A DNA stretch of 63,978 nucleotides, filler included, from Chrysochromulina tobinii (Eukaryota), in NCBI GenBank assembly GCA_001275005.1. It is 11 parts of 11 records of this genome, joined end to end, with 100 filler letters (N's around TTAATTAATTAA, not from the genome) between each part and the next. Parts side by side here need not be neighbours in the genome. Positions count along the whole stretch, not along the records: positions 5,998 to 16,047 come from JWZX01000184.1; positions 16,148 to 29,518 come from JWZX01000185.1; 9 more parts are not named here. One strand, written 5' to 3'. This document shows, piece after piece, positions 10,858-21,027 of the stretch. The notes under the pieces were generated by a model. That model searched no databases and was not told where the DNA came from. It saw only the letters and a program-made list of their open reading frames with translations. The translations under genes were made by a program, and so were the position numbers. Every line of letters starts with the position of its first letter. Positions within the stretch are counted from its first letter, which is position 1.

Positions 10858-11611
10858 GCGTCTGAGTGAGCGACGAGCGACTCGTCCTGTGTTGTGCGAG
10901 GCGGAGGCTCCATGCTGTGGGTTTCAGGCACGGAGTTGACCCGGGGTATGCCGTCCCTGAACCCTGAGCCGTGTGGGTGCGCGTGCCTGTCGTGTATCTG
11001 GTGTACCACAGACCGCGTCTACACATGGTATACATGGTATACAGACCGCGTCCGACATGGTATACATGGACCGTTACACACATGCGACCGCGCGTCGTAA
11101 ACGTCCAGCAGCGCCCCTGGTGGAGTACTGGAGTTGTGAACATGTTCGAGCCGTCGAGCGAGCCGTGTGTGAACGTCATAGCGTAGTGTAGGCTGTGCGC
11201 GTGTACACGTGGTCCGTGCTCCGACCTCCGTGATGTGATAAAAGCCGTACCATAAGCTTTCAGGACAATCCCTGGGTTCCCACGCGCCACGGGCCGCCCA
11301 TGTATGCGGACCTTTGCGCAATGAACGCGCGATGAAAGCCATGCCGCTCCACTTTTCACACCACCAGTGAGTTAAGTGAGTAGACCTGACCCCTCGAGAG
11401 GGTGGTTTCTAGCGCGTAAGCGCTAGATTAGTTGTGCAAGCGGAGTTGCAGGGCCGTAGACGCGCACCAGCCCCACGAGCTAGGTGCGTCGGCGGGCGGG
11501 CAATACTCGCATACCATTACATGCATGCATGATGGTACAACCTCGAAGAAACGTCCTCGAAGGCGAAACGTTCGCTCGTTTGTCTCGTTCTTCACGCAAG
11601 GCGCAGGCGCA

Positions 11612-12898
11612 ATGGGGGATGAAAAGCCCCTTTCAGCACCTCGTCCGATCATCACCATCGCCTGCGTCGGCGATTCGCTCACAGACGCGCACTCAGGGCG
11701 CTGCGAGCTTGGTGCTCAGCAAATGTGGCCAGCGCTGCTACAGGAGGAGCTCGGTAGCCTATTTGTCGTTCGCAATTTCGGTGCATCGGGTGTGCCCGTG
11801 CAGCGCTTCCATGAATGGGGACCGATGGGTCACCTGAACGAGGTGCTTGAACTGAAACCCGAAGTGATAGTCGTCATGCTAGGCACCAACGACGCGTGGA
11901 TGTGGAACGAAGGCTCGTTCACTCAAACATACACAAACCTGCTCACATTGCTGCAGTCGGCCTCAAGCTTCATGCTTGCCATTGTGCCTCCACCTTTGTA
12001 TACGCCTGGGGTGTTTGGGATGCGAGCTGATGTCATCAACGAGCGGCTGCCCGTCATCATCCCTGCAGTCGCACGCACAGTCGGCTGCGCCACAGCGAGC
12101 GTGCCGGCAGCGCTTCGCTCGGCTGGCGTGGATGACGCGACCATCACGTGCGATGGCTGCCACCTTGTTCCCGCAGGCCAGCGCATAGTGTTCGAGACGG
12201 TGCTTCATGCGCTGAGGAGCTCACCGCTGCCGTTCGCTCCAGAGCTCTTGCCGCCGCCGCCGCCGCTGCCGCCGCCGCCGCCGCCACCGTCACCGCCCTC
12301 GCCACCGCCACCGCCCTCGCCACCGCCGGGCTGGCCTCCGATGCCTTATCCGATGCCTCCGCCAAAGCCGCCAAAGCCGCCGTTGCGCCCTCCTCCACCT
12401 CCGCCGACACGCGTGCACATCTCCGGGGAGGCCGCCTCGCCCTCACCGCCGCCGCCGCCATGCCCATTCACAGCCGCCCATTCACAGCCGCCGCGCCCTT
12501 GCGGAGCAGCTGTGCCATCACCACCTGTCTCACCGCGCGCACTGATGGAAAGTTTGAGTTCGGATTCGCTGCAGGCGCAGCAGCCGTTCTCCCACTCAGG
12601 CCTGCTTGTAGGCGCGGCGGCGGCCCTCCTGCTCGTCGTCTGGCTTCGCAACCAGCGCGGCTCCGCGAGTAAGACGAGGCGCGAGGTGCACTGCAAGGTT
12701 CATGAGAGTGTGAACGAGAGTGCCAGCATGCTCGATCACGAGGCCGACGACGAAGAGAAGGTGGAGGAGGTGGCGCGGGAGGCGGCGGAGCCGGCGCGGC
12801 CGGCGGCTCGCAGGAGTCCGTGCGAAGCCGCGGCGGCTCCACGCGCCAGCTCCAGCTATTACACACCGAACGTCCGCCTCGATCACGGGCTTGACTGA
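11612..12898 (+). CDS. SGNH/GDSL hydrolase with Pro-rich stalk and single TM anchor
   Basis: Blocks CVGDSLT, NFGASG, VMLGTND, DGCHL; poly-Pro linker; LLVGAAAALLLVVWL. Start is uncertain. Confidence 0.88.
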   Translation: MGDEKPLSAPRPIITIACVGDSLTDAHSGRCELGAQQMWPALLQEELGSLFVVRNFGASGVPVQRFHEWGPMGHLNEVLELKPEVIVVMLGTNDAWMWNEGSFTQTYTNLLTLLQSASSFMLAIVPPPLYTPGVFGMRADVINERLPVIIPAVARTVGCATASVPAALRSAGVDDATITCDGCHLVPAGQRIVFETVLHALRSSPLPFAPELLPPPPPLPPPPPPPSPPSPPPPPSPPPGWPPMPYPMPPPKPPKPPLRPPPPPPTRVHISGEAASPSPPPPPCPFTAAHSQPPRPCGAAVPSPPVSPRALMESLSSDSLQAQQPFSHSGLLVGAAAALLLVVWLRNQRGSASKTRREVHCKVHESVNESASMLDHEADDEEKVEEVAREAAEPARPAARRSPCEAAAAPRASSSYYTPNVRLDHGLD

Positions 12899-13343
12899 GC
12901 CGAGCGTGTAAAGCCGGTGAAGGCTGAAGCGAGTGTGGGCGTACTGCTGCTGCTCAACACAACGCGCACACGCTCCGGACCCCCAAGCTGCAAGCACGAG
13001 GGCCTCTATCGCTATGGACTCGCCGCGCATGACGCGCCGTGTGGGAAACTTTACCGCTTGATTGCATTATATGCGCACGATGATTGAATGTGTTTGATTT
13101 CGAACCACTTTTGCGAGGTGGCGTGTCTTTGCATGTCGTTGCCGCGCCCGAGGAGCGAGGTCTTGTCCTCGGTACTGCGATACTTCCATACTTGGTAACG
13201 CGCCCCTTCCTAACTGTCAGTACGATATGATGTGCGGCGTGTCGACGGACGATGCAATGCCGGCCAGTGCCGCCGCCCCATCACTGATGGCCACACCACT
13301 GATGGTCTGCGATGGTCCCCGGTGGCGCCCATCACGGCGCCCA

Positions 13344-14420
13344 TCACCGCGTCAGGAGCGAGGCAGCGAGGGCCAATTGCAACTGCGCCTCCTCATCAAG
13401 CTCATCAAGGGGACCAGCGCCGGGCGGCGGGGGCATCGGCAGCCCGGTCGAAGGTCCGCCCACGCCGCCGCTCAAAAGCGCCCCTCGACTCACCGGGGCA
13501 TAGGCATTCGGACCGACCTTGTCGAGGCAGACCCACTCGGGAAATCCAGTCAGGTCCCAGATCTTCGTCTGCGCGTCCCCCTCTGGCAAAAAGGTGCTCG
13601 CCACGTGGCCGGCCGCCCAGCGCAGCTGCAGTAGCAGCTCCTCGAAGGACGGGCCGTCCTTGTAGAAGACGCCCTTGAGTCCCACTCGAGCCACCGCCGC
13701 GTGTCCGGGTCGCGTCGCGTACAGCCGCGCCTGGTTCCCCAGCTCGTCGTAGCTGCGCTTCTCGGCCGAGCCGTCGCCCACGACGAGCACCTGGCGCGGC
13801 AGCGCGACCTTAGGCGGTCGATGCGTCTCGTCCCACTGGCGCGGCAGCTGCTTCTCGGACACGAAGTGGAAGAACATGTCCGTCTTGTACCACTCGGCGT
13901 AGTTGTCCACCTCAGAGCCGATGTCGGTCATGTACTTGAGCCCGGCCGGCTTCTTGACCATGTACTTGTTGCCATACGAGTCGCGGTACTTGGCTGGCAG
14001 GCTGTCGAGCAGCGCCTTCGTCTCGGGCAGCAGCACCGCCGAGCTCTTGTCGTACCAGCTCTTGCACGCATGGGTCACTATCCTCACGTCGCCCACCCGC
14101 TGCAGCGCCCGGACGAACTCGCTGATCGCCTCGGAGAGTGCGCGCACCTTGCTCTCGCGGAGCGGCTGCGCGGCGTCGGGCTCGACGCGCGCCTTCCATG
14201 CCGATGTCGGGAAGAGCGTGTCGTCCCAGTCCACAAGGATCAGGTTATGCGCGCCCATGAAAAACCTGTCCTCGTCGCCCGGCTGCGCGTCGGCGGCCGG
14301 CGGCACGTCGCCGCCAGAGGCGGCCGCCGCCTCCTTGGCAGCCCGCTTAGCCGCCGCGGCCGCCTTCATCTCCTGCGCCTTACGTTTGGCAGCCTCGATC
14401 TTGTCGGCGTGTGTCGACAT
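13344..14420 (-). CDS. HAD-superfamily-like protein with C-terminal UIM-like motif
   Basis: ILVDWDDTLFPT (motif I), IVT (motif II), VLVVGDGSAE (motif IV); C-terminal DEEAQLQLALAASL. Confidence 0.75.
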   Translation of the reverse strand: MSTHADKIEAAKRKAQEMKAAAAAKRAAKEAAAASGGDVPPAADAQPGDEDRFFMGAHNLILVDWDDTLFPTSAWKARVEPDAAQPLRESKVRALSEAISEFVRALQRVGDVRIVTHACKSWYDKSSAVLLPETKALLDSLPAKYRDSYGNKYMVKKPAGLKYMTDIGSEVDNYAEWYKTDMFFHFVSEKQLPRQWDETHRPPKVALPRQVLVVGDGSAEKRSYDELGNQARLYATRPGHAAVARVGLKGVFYKDGPSFEELLLQLRWAAGHVASTFLPEGDAQTKIWDLTGFPEWVCLDKVGPNAYAPVSRGALLSGGVGGPSTGLPMPPPPGAGPLDELDEEAQLQLALAASLLTR

Positions 14421-14571
14421 GTGTGGGTGGATCTGTGGGTGGCCTAAAACTTTCGCGCGTCCACAGAGACGGCGGGTTTGCTGCTGCTGTGAAACACGGA
14501 GGTGTGGCTGACACAGGCCGATAACCCTTCCCCCTTCCCCCCAGCTTCCCCCTAACGTGACCCGATAGTAC

Positions 14572-14704
14572 ATGTACCGATTGTGCGCCCGCGTGTCCCG
14601 TGTGAACGTTAACACGACAGACGCGACAACCGGTGCTACGGCACTGTTACAATTGTACCCGTGTGTGTCCCGTGTGTGTCCCGGCTCCCCCCGGTCCCCC
14701 GGTG
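14572..14704 (-). repeat. Dispersed repeat family, copy B (inverted)
   Basis: GTGTGTCCCGTGTGTGTCCCGGCTCCCCCCGGT is the reverse complement of the start of copies A and C. Confidence 0.75.
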
Positions 14705-14908
14705 AAGACCGATTGAGAACCAAATATCATAACTACCGCCCTTTTTTTCTCACCGAAGAGGCCACTTGGCGAAAATTCATTTCCAAAAGATAACCCCCGG
14801 TGATGTCTTCTAACCGGTGTCTTCTAAACGGAAAATTTTACTAAACGTTTTACTTTCCTTTTAGTAAAATTTCAGAAACCTCACCCTCCCTCGACCCCCT
14901 CCCTCAGG

Positions 14909-15811
14909 TCAATTATGGACTGTGGTCGAATTCTGCATGAGGATGAGCGATTCGGTTTTGTTTGCTTGTGGATGTTGCAGCTTGCACTCCTCCAGTACTC
15001 CACCCAGCGGCCAGTTTACACATGGCATCATGGTTGAACGAAGAGAGTCGTTCCGAGCCATAACATTGATGCGCGTGTGAAGTAGTGTCGCTTTCCAACC
15101 TCGAGACTGGAAGTTCAAAATTGATGAAGGGATCTTGTCTTTCCGTAAGGTGGCGTAAGCACCTCCTCCTGAGATCCCATGAATGAAGTAATCGCTGATC
15201 GGGAAAGGCGAGGCGGAATAAGTCGCATTCGGGCAAACTAACCTCCAGTTTCTACGCCACCCGCAGATGCCCGCCGCAGTCTGGTTTGAACTCTTAGTCA
15301 TGGCGAACTGACCATGAGAAAGAGCACTAGGCATCCGCCTCAAGTCCCAGTGTAGAAACAGAGACCAGACGTACAGGTCGTCCAGGTAGAGGTTTTCTTG
15401 AAACCATATCTTCTTGCAAGGGTATTCGACATCCATGAATGCCTGGCTACTGAGATTTACGCTCGAATTGGCAAAGAATCGAAGCGATGGATTGCAGAGA
15501 CATGTGCGGGCAAGTATCGCAGCGTCGAAATCATAGAAATTAAGAAGCTTCTGTACGAAGCTGCGTGTGGCGGGGCTCACCCTGAGCGCCAGGATTCCGG
15601 TATCAACTATCCAAGTATGATCCTCTTTTAGACGGCTGAGCCCCACTCTCGGATTGTCACCAAGCTTATTTGTCCATGCGGCATTTCCAAACCTGAACGA
15701 CGGAAGGTATGTGACATCGAAGCGCTGCATGAAACTGAAGGAGAATTCGAGGTCCGACGATTTGAAGCTGACATCGAAGTCAAGCCAGAGAAGTTGAGAA
15801 TTCAAGCTCAT
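14909..15811 (-). CDS. Putative GT-A fold glycosyltransferase (GT34/nucleotide-diphospho-sugar transferase-like), probably 5'-incomplete
   Basis: LLWLDFDV (DxD) followed by VDTGILALRVSPATRSFVQK. GC is markedly lower than in neighbouring genes. Confidence 0.5.
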   Translation of the reverse strand: MSLNSQLLWLDFDVSFKSSDLEFSFSFMQRFDVTYLPSFRFGNAAWTNKLGDNPRVGLSRLKEDHTWIVDTGILALRVSPATRSFVQKLLNFYDFDAAILARTCLCNPSLRFFANSSVNLSSQAFMDVEYPCKKIWFQENLYLDDLYVWSLFLHWDLRRMPSALSHGQFAMTKSSNQTAAGICGWRRNWRLVCPNATYSASPFPISDYFIHGISGGGAYATLRKDKIPSSILNFQSRGWKATLLHTRINVMARNDSLRSTMMPCVNWPLGGVLEECKLQHPQANKTESLILMQNSTTVHN

Positions 15812-16147
15812 CCTCTGCAGTGCGTCATATGGGCCCAGGGGGCGAGGGCTGGGGACCCGCTTTTCTTTTCGTCTCTCTATTCAAAAACTTGCACCCAGAC
15901 CCGGCCTCCCACGCAGCCGGGCGGGTCGGCGGCGGGCGCAGGCCTGCGGCGCACGCCGCCAGCCGGGCCGGCATCGGTGCGAGGCAGCCTCTGTGGGTTA
16001 CGCACACGCACCAGGCGGGGAGGCGACGATGGCGGGGCGCGGCGCGTNNNNNNNNNNNNNNNNNNNNNNNNNNNNNNNNNNNNNNNNNNNNTTAATTAAT
16101 TAANNNNNNNNNNNNNNNNNNNNNNNNNNNNNNNNNNNNNNNNNNNN

Positions 16148-16231
16148 CCCTGGCTGGGCTACTGATGGCCCCGCCGACTGTCTCTTCACACGGTGGTTCA
16201 CGGCCGCTTAACTGTTGGGGTCAAGCGGCAG
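16148..16231 (-). repeat. Terminal hairpin sequence shared with 40981-41066
   Basis: Identical 36-mer GTTCACGGCCGCTTAACTGTTGGGGTCAAGCGGCAG plus upstream similarity. Confidence 0.8.
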
Positions 16232-16562
16232 GGAAAAGGACAAGTCAATTCACGGACACGACCTCAACATAAGTTGGAGCTCAGTTTCAGTTTCAGTTTC
16301 TTCGCGGTCCCCCCACGCTCACTCCACCGTCTCGACGGACGGCTCCGCTCCCCTCGGTCAACACAAGTACTGAGTACTCGCTCATAAGTTGGAGCCTTCT
16401 CCGGAGCACGCTTCGCCCCTCTGGCTCTCTACTGGCTCTCGGCCCTGTCCCCTTCTCCCATATAACCCCAAACCCTTCCCCCCAGCACGACGCACCACCA
16501 CCAGCTTTACCAACGCCCCGGAAGCGCATCTAAGCCGGCCTCCTGCGCACTCCCTTGCTCCC

Positions 16563-17804
16563 TCACTTGGGCTCGTCGAGCTTGAGGACGCCCATATCAA
16601 AGTCGTCGGTGGACGTCGCGACCACGAGGCGTTCGAGCACCTCCTTGGCCGCGCCACCACCCTCGCGCATCTGGTAGAGCGCCGACAGGTTGGACACGAT
16701 CACCTCGTGCATGCCGCATGGGTCCGCCTTCAGCTGCGCCTCGAGGGTCCCGATCGCGTCCGTGAGGGCGCCGCAGTAGAGCTGGCATACGGCCGCGTTG
16801 TTCGCGGCGAGTGCATTCGCCGGCTCGAGCGCGCGCGCGGCCTCGAACTCGGCGAGGGCCGTGCTGTACTGCGAGCGCGCCATCTGGAGCATACCGCGCG
16901 TCACACGCAGCACGACAGAGGCATCGGGCGCACCAAGCGATGCCTCGAGGCGCTGTAGCGCGTCGGCGGCGGCGGCGAGGTTGCCCAGCTGAAGGTATAC
17001 CCGCGCGAGCAACGCAAGTAGCGGCGTGAGCGACTTGGGCGCCGTCGGGTACTTGGCTGTCTCGTCCTCGTCGGTCGCGCCCGGCTCACTCGCCTCCTCC
17101 GCAGCCGACGATTGCACCTCGAGAATGATCTGCTCAAGGTGCGTGGCCGCGTTTGGGTAGTCGTGCAGCGCGCACAGCACGTTGACGATGGCCAACACCA
17201 CCTGCGTGCGGCGCGCAAGGCCGCCGCCTGCGCCAGCGCTGCCGCTAGCAGCCTCGGCCTCGGACGCCAGCAGCGTGTACAGGCGTGCGAGGGCGTGGTC
17301 AAATTTGCCCGAGTAGGCGGGGAGCAGCGCGTGCAGCAAGTGCAGCGAATAAGGCACCATCGAGCCCGTGCACCCCGGATAGATCCCAGGGTAGCCCTCG
17401 TACTGCCAGCTCTCCGCGTGAAGGTCTCCGAGTAGCGTCATCTCGCGCTCAGCCCGCGCGACCTCGCGCAGCTTGAGGAGCGCGACGATGTATGACCAGC
17501 GCAGCCGAAGCAGCTTGTCGACCGGGTGCGACTGCGAGAGCAGCCGCTCGCTCAGGGACGCGGCCGCACGCCACGCCCCGCACGAGGCGAGCATGCGAAC
17601 GCCCTCCTCCGTCGCGGGCACGCTGGACTCGCCGTGCAGTTTCTTTGGCGCGCTCCGCCCAAGGAAGGTGACGACGGGGTCCATCGGAGGCGGCGGCGCG
17701 TACGGCGGTGGAGGCGGCGCCGGGGGTGCAGCTGCGGCCAACTCGGTCGGAGCCGCAAGCATCGAGAGCGGGTCGTCTGAGACGCTAGTTGCTTCAAGCG
17801 ACAT
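16563..17804 (-). CDS. TRAPPC12: Trafficking protein particle complex subunit 12 (TTC15)-like TPR protein
   Basis: GAWRAAASL...LLKLR...LGDL...YEGYPGIYPGCTGSMVPYSLHLLHALLP, followed by TPRs (AANNAAVCQLYCG, IVSNLSALY). Confidence 0.88.
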   Translation of the reverse strand: MSLEATSVSDDPLSMLAAPTELAAAAPPAPPPPPYAPPPPMDPVVTFLGRSAPKKLHGESSVPATEEGVRMLASCGAWRAAASLSERLLSQSHPVDKLLRLRWSYIVALLKLREVARAEREMTLLGDLHAESWQYEGYPGIYPGCTGSMVPYSLHLLHALLPAYSGKFDHALARLYTLLASEAEAASGSAGAGGGLARRTQVVLAIVNVLCALHDYPNAATHLEQIILEVQSSAAEEASEPGATDEDETAKYPTAPKSLTPLLALLARVYLQLGNLAAAADALQRLEASLGAPDASVVLRVTRGMLQMARSQYSTALAEFEAARALEPANALAANNAAVCQLYCGALTDAIGTLEAQLKADPCGMHEVIVSNLSALYQMREGGGAAKEVLERLVVATSTDDFDMGVLKLDEPK

Positions 17805-18297
17805 GACTTCGGGCTCGCTCAAAGGGTTCGAGCAGGGCTTGGGCTCGAGAACGTGCAACTATACTCCACCGCGCTATCGCGCATTGTTTCGCGCGATGAT
17901 GAAGTGTGAATGAACTGGCTGTTAATATTCGGCCGCATGGCCTCCAATGTGGGGGGGGGGGATTTATGGGTGAGCCCGAAGAGGCCGCTCGCTGCGGAGT
18001 GGGGTTAGGTCGGTTTGGCTTGATCTTAGTTTTCTGGACTTGTGTCGCGGGGTCTGAGGATGAACCACAATTCCAAGTCAGACCGGAGGTCAGACCAGAC
18101 CGGAAGTCATTGAATGCGACCAGGTTTTCACTCGTTTTACACGCAACCGCGCATCTTACCCGCGTAACTATACCGCCATTACAGGTGCCCTCTCGAGCAC
18201 ATGGCGCTCGAGAGCCGAGGAGCGAGGTGTCGGGGCGGGGACAGGTGGCCGTCTCTCGTCTGCACTCAAAAGCACGTAAATATCTCGTATGACCGTT

Positions 18298-20712
18298 TCA
18301 CCGGCCGGGGGAACCGGGAGATGCGCCTGGAGATCCTCGCTCCGACTTCCGCCATTCAATCCGGTGCCTCAGGTCGTTGGGTGACAGCGCCACCGCCGAC
18401 GCGAAGGACCGACTGCGCCGACTGCGGCCCATGCCTGGTGCACCCGCCGCCTCCACCCCGCCGCGCGAAGGCGAATGCTCGGCCGCTTCGGGACGGCGCT
18501 TCGAAGGCGAGTGCTCGGGACGGCGCCAGCTGCGCTTGTCGGTGCGTCCGCCCGGACCGGCCTTCTCAGCCGCCGCCTTCTCGGGAGAGGGGGAGGTCTC
18601 CCCCCCTAGCGTCTCCCTCCCGAAGGCACTCGGGAGGGGAGGGCGGAACTCGGAGGACGAGGGCGAAGCCCGGGCGTCACCAGGTCCCGCTCTGGCCGCC
18701 ACCTTCTCGGCCGCCGCCTTCTCGGCCTCAGCCTTCTCTGCCGCCGCCTTCTCACCCGCCGCCCTGGCCGCCGCCCTGGCCACCGCACACTCGGCCACCG
18801 CGCGCTCAGCCACTGGTACCGTATACAGTCGCATCGCCGCCGGAAGCTCCGCCGTCAGGTAGGACACGTCCACTGGCGCTGCGCCGCCGTACGGATCGAT
18901 GCTGTGCGGCGCGCGCCCCATGCGCGCCTTTGGTGGCGCGGGCGTCGCGACCGGCCGCTCAAGCGTCGCATAGCTCACGTTGACAGGCGTCGCGTTGCCG
19001 TATGGACTCGGCTTGGGCGCCGTAACGGGCGCGGTGACGGGCGCCGTGATGGGCGCCTCTTCGCGCTGTATTGGGCACCTCACCGGTCGCACCTCCTCGC
19101 GCAGCGTGTCGTAGCTCACGTGTACCGGCGTTGCCTCGCCATAGGGGCTCGCTTTGGCGTGTGCTAATTGCGCGGCGCTCGGCGGCGGCTCGCTCGCCAC
19201 CGCCCATTCCGATGCCATCCACATCTGTAGACGTGCAGCGGCCTCCTCGCTCAACGGCGGTGCGACCGGAGCATTTGGTGCGACCGGAGCATTCGGTGCG
19301 ACCGGAGCATTCGGTGCGACCGGAGCATTCGGTGCGACCGGAGCATTCGGTGCGAGCGGCACCCCCTGCACCGTGCTCGCGCTGCTGTTTGCCCAGCCGA
19401 CCCCATCTTCGACGCCAACTTCGCCACCGCCATCCGGCAACGGCGGCGTTGATGCAGGGGGCTGCGCTCGCGGCGGCGGCGGCGGCCGGAGGGTGCCTCC
19501 ATCGCCACCGCTCACAAGGAGGGTACCGGTACCATCGCTTTGGCGTTGGAGGACGAGCGTCGGCGCGTCTGCCCCATCTGTGGCCGCGCACGCCAGTAGT
19601 TGCGTGCTAGTCTGTGCCATGAGCGTCGCCGCCATGCTGCCCTCGCCCGCGGTCTGCACTAGCTCAGTGCCAAGGCCGCTGGCCGGCAGCGTCTGTGGGA
19701 GAGTGTCGCCCGGCGCCGCGCCTGTAGAGTATGTCGCGCTAGCCGTGGCCCGTGCCGCGCGCGCGCCCATCGTGCGCGTCGCCAGCGGCAGCAGCCGTCG
19801 CTGTTGCTCCTCAGGCCGATGATTGCATTCAAGCAGCCACGGGTGAGCAAGCAGCTGCGAAGCCGTTTGGCGCCCGTCGGGTGCGGCGACGAGGCAACCT
19901 TGTAGCCAGGCGGCGAGGGCAGCCGAGACGGGCTCTCCCTCGCCCGCCGAGTTGAGCGTGGGCGGTGGAGCGCTCGTAATCAGTAGCAGCACTCGGAGCG
20001 CCGGCTGCACGTCCCAATGCGGCGGCCGGCCGCGCGCGCACTCGATGATTGTGATCCCGAGTGACCAGACATCCGCGGCGGCCGCGTACTCGCCGCCGCT
20101 CACAACCTCAGGCGCCATCCAATGCGGCGTGCCGATCGCCGTCGAGCGCTGCGGCATCGTCGCTGTCAGCTGCGCCGACACCCCAAAATCGCACAGCTTG
20201 AGCTCTCCGCGCGCACTCAGCAGCAGGTTGCCCGCCTTGATATCGCGATGGACCACGTGCGCCTCGTTGTGCAGATAGGCGAGCGCGGCGCACGCTCCCG
20301 CTCCTATGGCGACCAGTGCGGGCTCGGCCAGACCCAAGGGCGTGCCGTCCTCCCGCAGCTGCGCCCGCAGCACGTCGACGAGGCTCCCTGCCTCACACAG
20401 CTCGACGCACAGGTGCAGCGCCCTTTCGTGGTAAAAAGCGCCGTGGAAGGCCACAATGTGTGGAGAGACGCAGCGGCGCAGCACATCGGCCTCGCGTGCG
20501 AGCTCGGCGCGGGCCGCCGCGCTCGTATCCGCCTCGTCCAGTGGGATGGCCTTGATGGCGACTGCCACCCCTGAGGCACGGTCCATGGCGGCGTGCACGC
20601 GGCCGTACGAGCCGCTGCCGATGAGCGCGCGGCGCTCGTATCGCAGGCTCGGATCCTGGTACAGGATGGTCGCCCCACAGAGCGCGTCGGAGCATGGTGG
20701 TGGAGGGGGCAT
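18298..20712 (-). CDS. STE20-family (MST/GCK-like) Ser/Thr kinase with low-complexity tail
   Basis: IGSGSYGRV, VAIK, HRDIKAGNLL, DFGVSAQL, TAIGTPHWMAPEV; 5x PNAPVA tandem repeat at ~19258-19355. Confidence 0.92.
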   Translation of the reverse strand: MPPPPPCSDALCGATILYQDPSLRYERRALIGSGSYGRVHAAMDRASGVAVAIKAIPLDEADTSAAARAELAREADVLRRCVSPHIVAFHGAFYHERALHLCVELCEAGSLVDVLRAQLREDGTPLGLAEPALVAIGAGACAALAYLHNEAHVVHRDIKAGNLLLSARGELKLCDFGVSAQLTATMPQRSTAIGTPHWMAPEVVSGGEYAAAADVWSLGITIIECARGRPPHWDVQPALRVLLLITSAPPPTLNSAGEGEPVSAALAAWLQGCLVAAPDGRQTASQLLAHPWLLECNHRPEEQQRRLLPLATRTMGARAARATASATYSTGAAPGDTLPQTLPASGLGTELVQTAGEGSMAATLMAQTSTQLLACAATDGADAPTLVLQRQSDGTGTLLVSGGDGGTLRPPPPPRAQPPASTPPLPDGGGEVGVEDGVGWANSSASTVQGVPLAPNAPVAPNAPVAPNAPVAPNAPVAPNAPVAPPLSEEAAARLQMWMASEWAVASEPPPSAAQLAHAKASPYGEATPVHVSYDTLREEVRPVRCPIQREEAPITAPVTAPVTAPKPSPYGNATPVNVSYATLERPVATPAPPKARMGRAPHSIDPYGGAAPVDVSYLTAELPAAMRLYTVPVAERAVAECAVARAAARAAGEKAAAEKAEAEKAAAEKVAARAGPGDARASPSSSEFRPPLPSAFGRETLGGETSPSPEKAAAEKAGPGGRTDKRSWRRPEHSPSKRRPEAAEHSPSRGGVEAAGAPGMGRSRRSRSFASAVALSPNDLRHRIEWRKSERGSPGASPGSPGR

Positions 20713-21027
20713 CCAAACCGTTCGACGGAGGCACACGACGACACAGGCAACGTGAAGACGTCGACGAAATGTCGCGAACAAATCCGCGGGTGAGAGCCCG
20801 CGCGGCTGGACGTCACAGCGATTCCGCTCGATACAAGCTAGATCTCGTGTCTGCCCGAACACGAAGTTGCAACTATTGACGAATCCTGTCGAAAGTTTCA
20901 CCGAAAAGAACAGAACTGGACAGTGCCTTAACGTTGGGCTCGGCCCCGCAGCCCCAATCATACTGTGCCACCCCTACTTAATTTCGATCTACTCTAGAAG
21001 CCTCTCAAGTCAAACGCTTATCGTATC

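Noticed and set aside
15826..15840. Copia primer-binding site (TATGGGCCCAG)
   Set aside because: Partial match with no recognisable LTR or gag adjacent before the gap.
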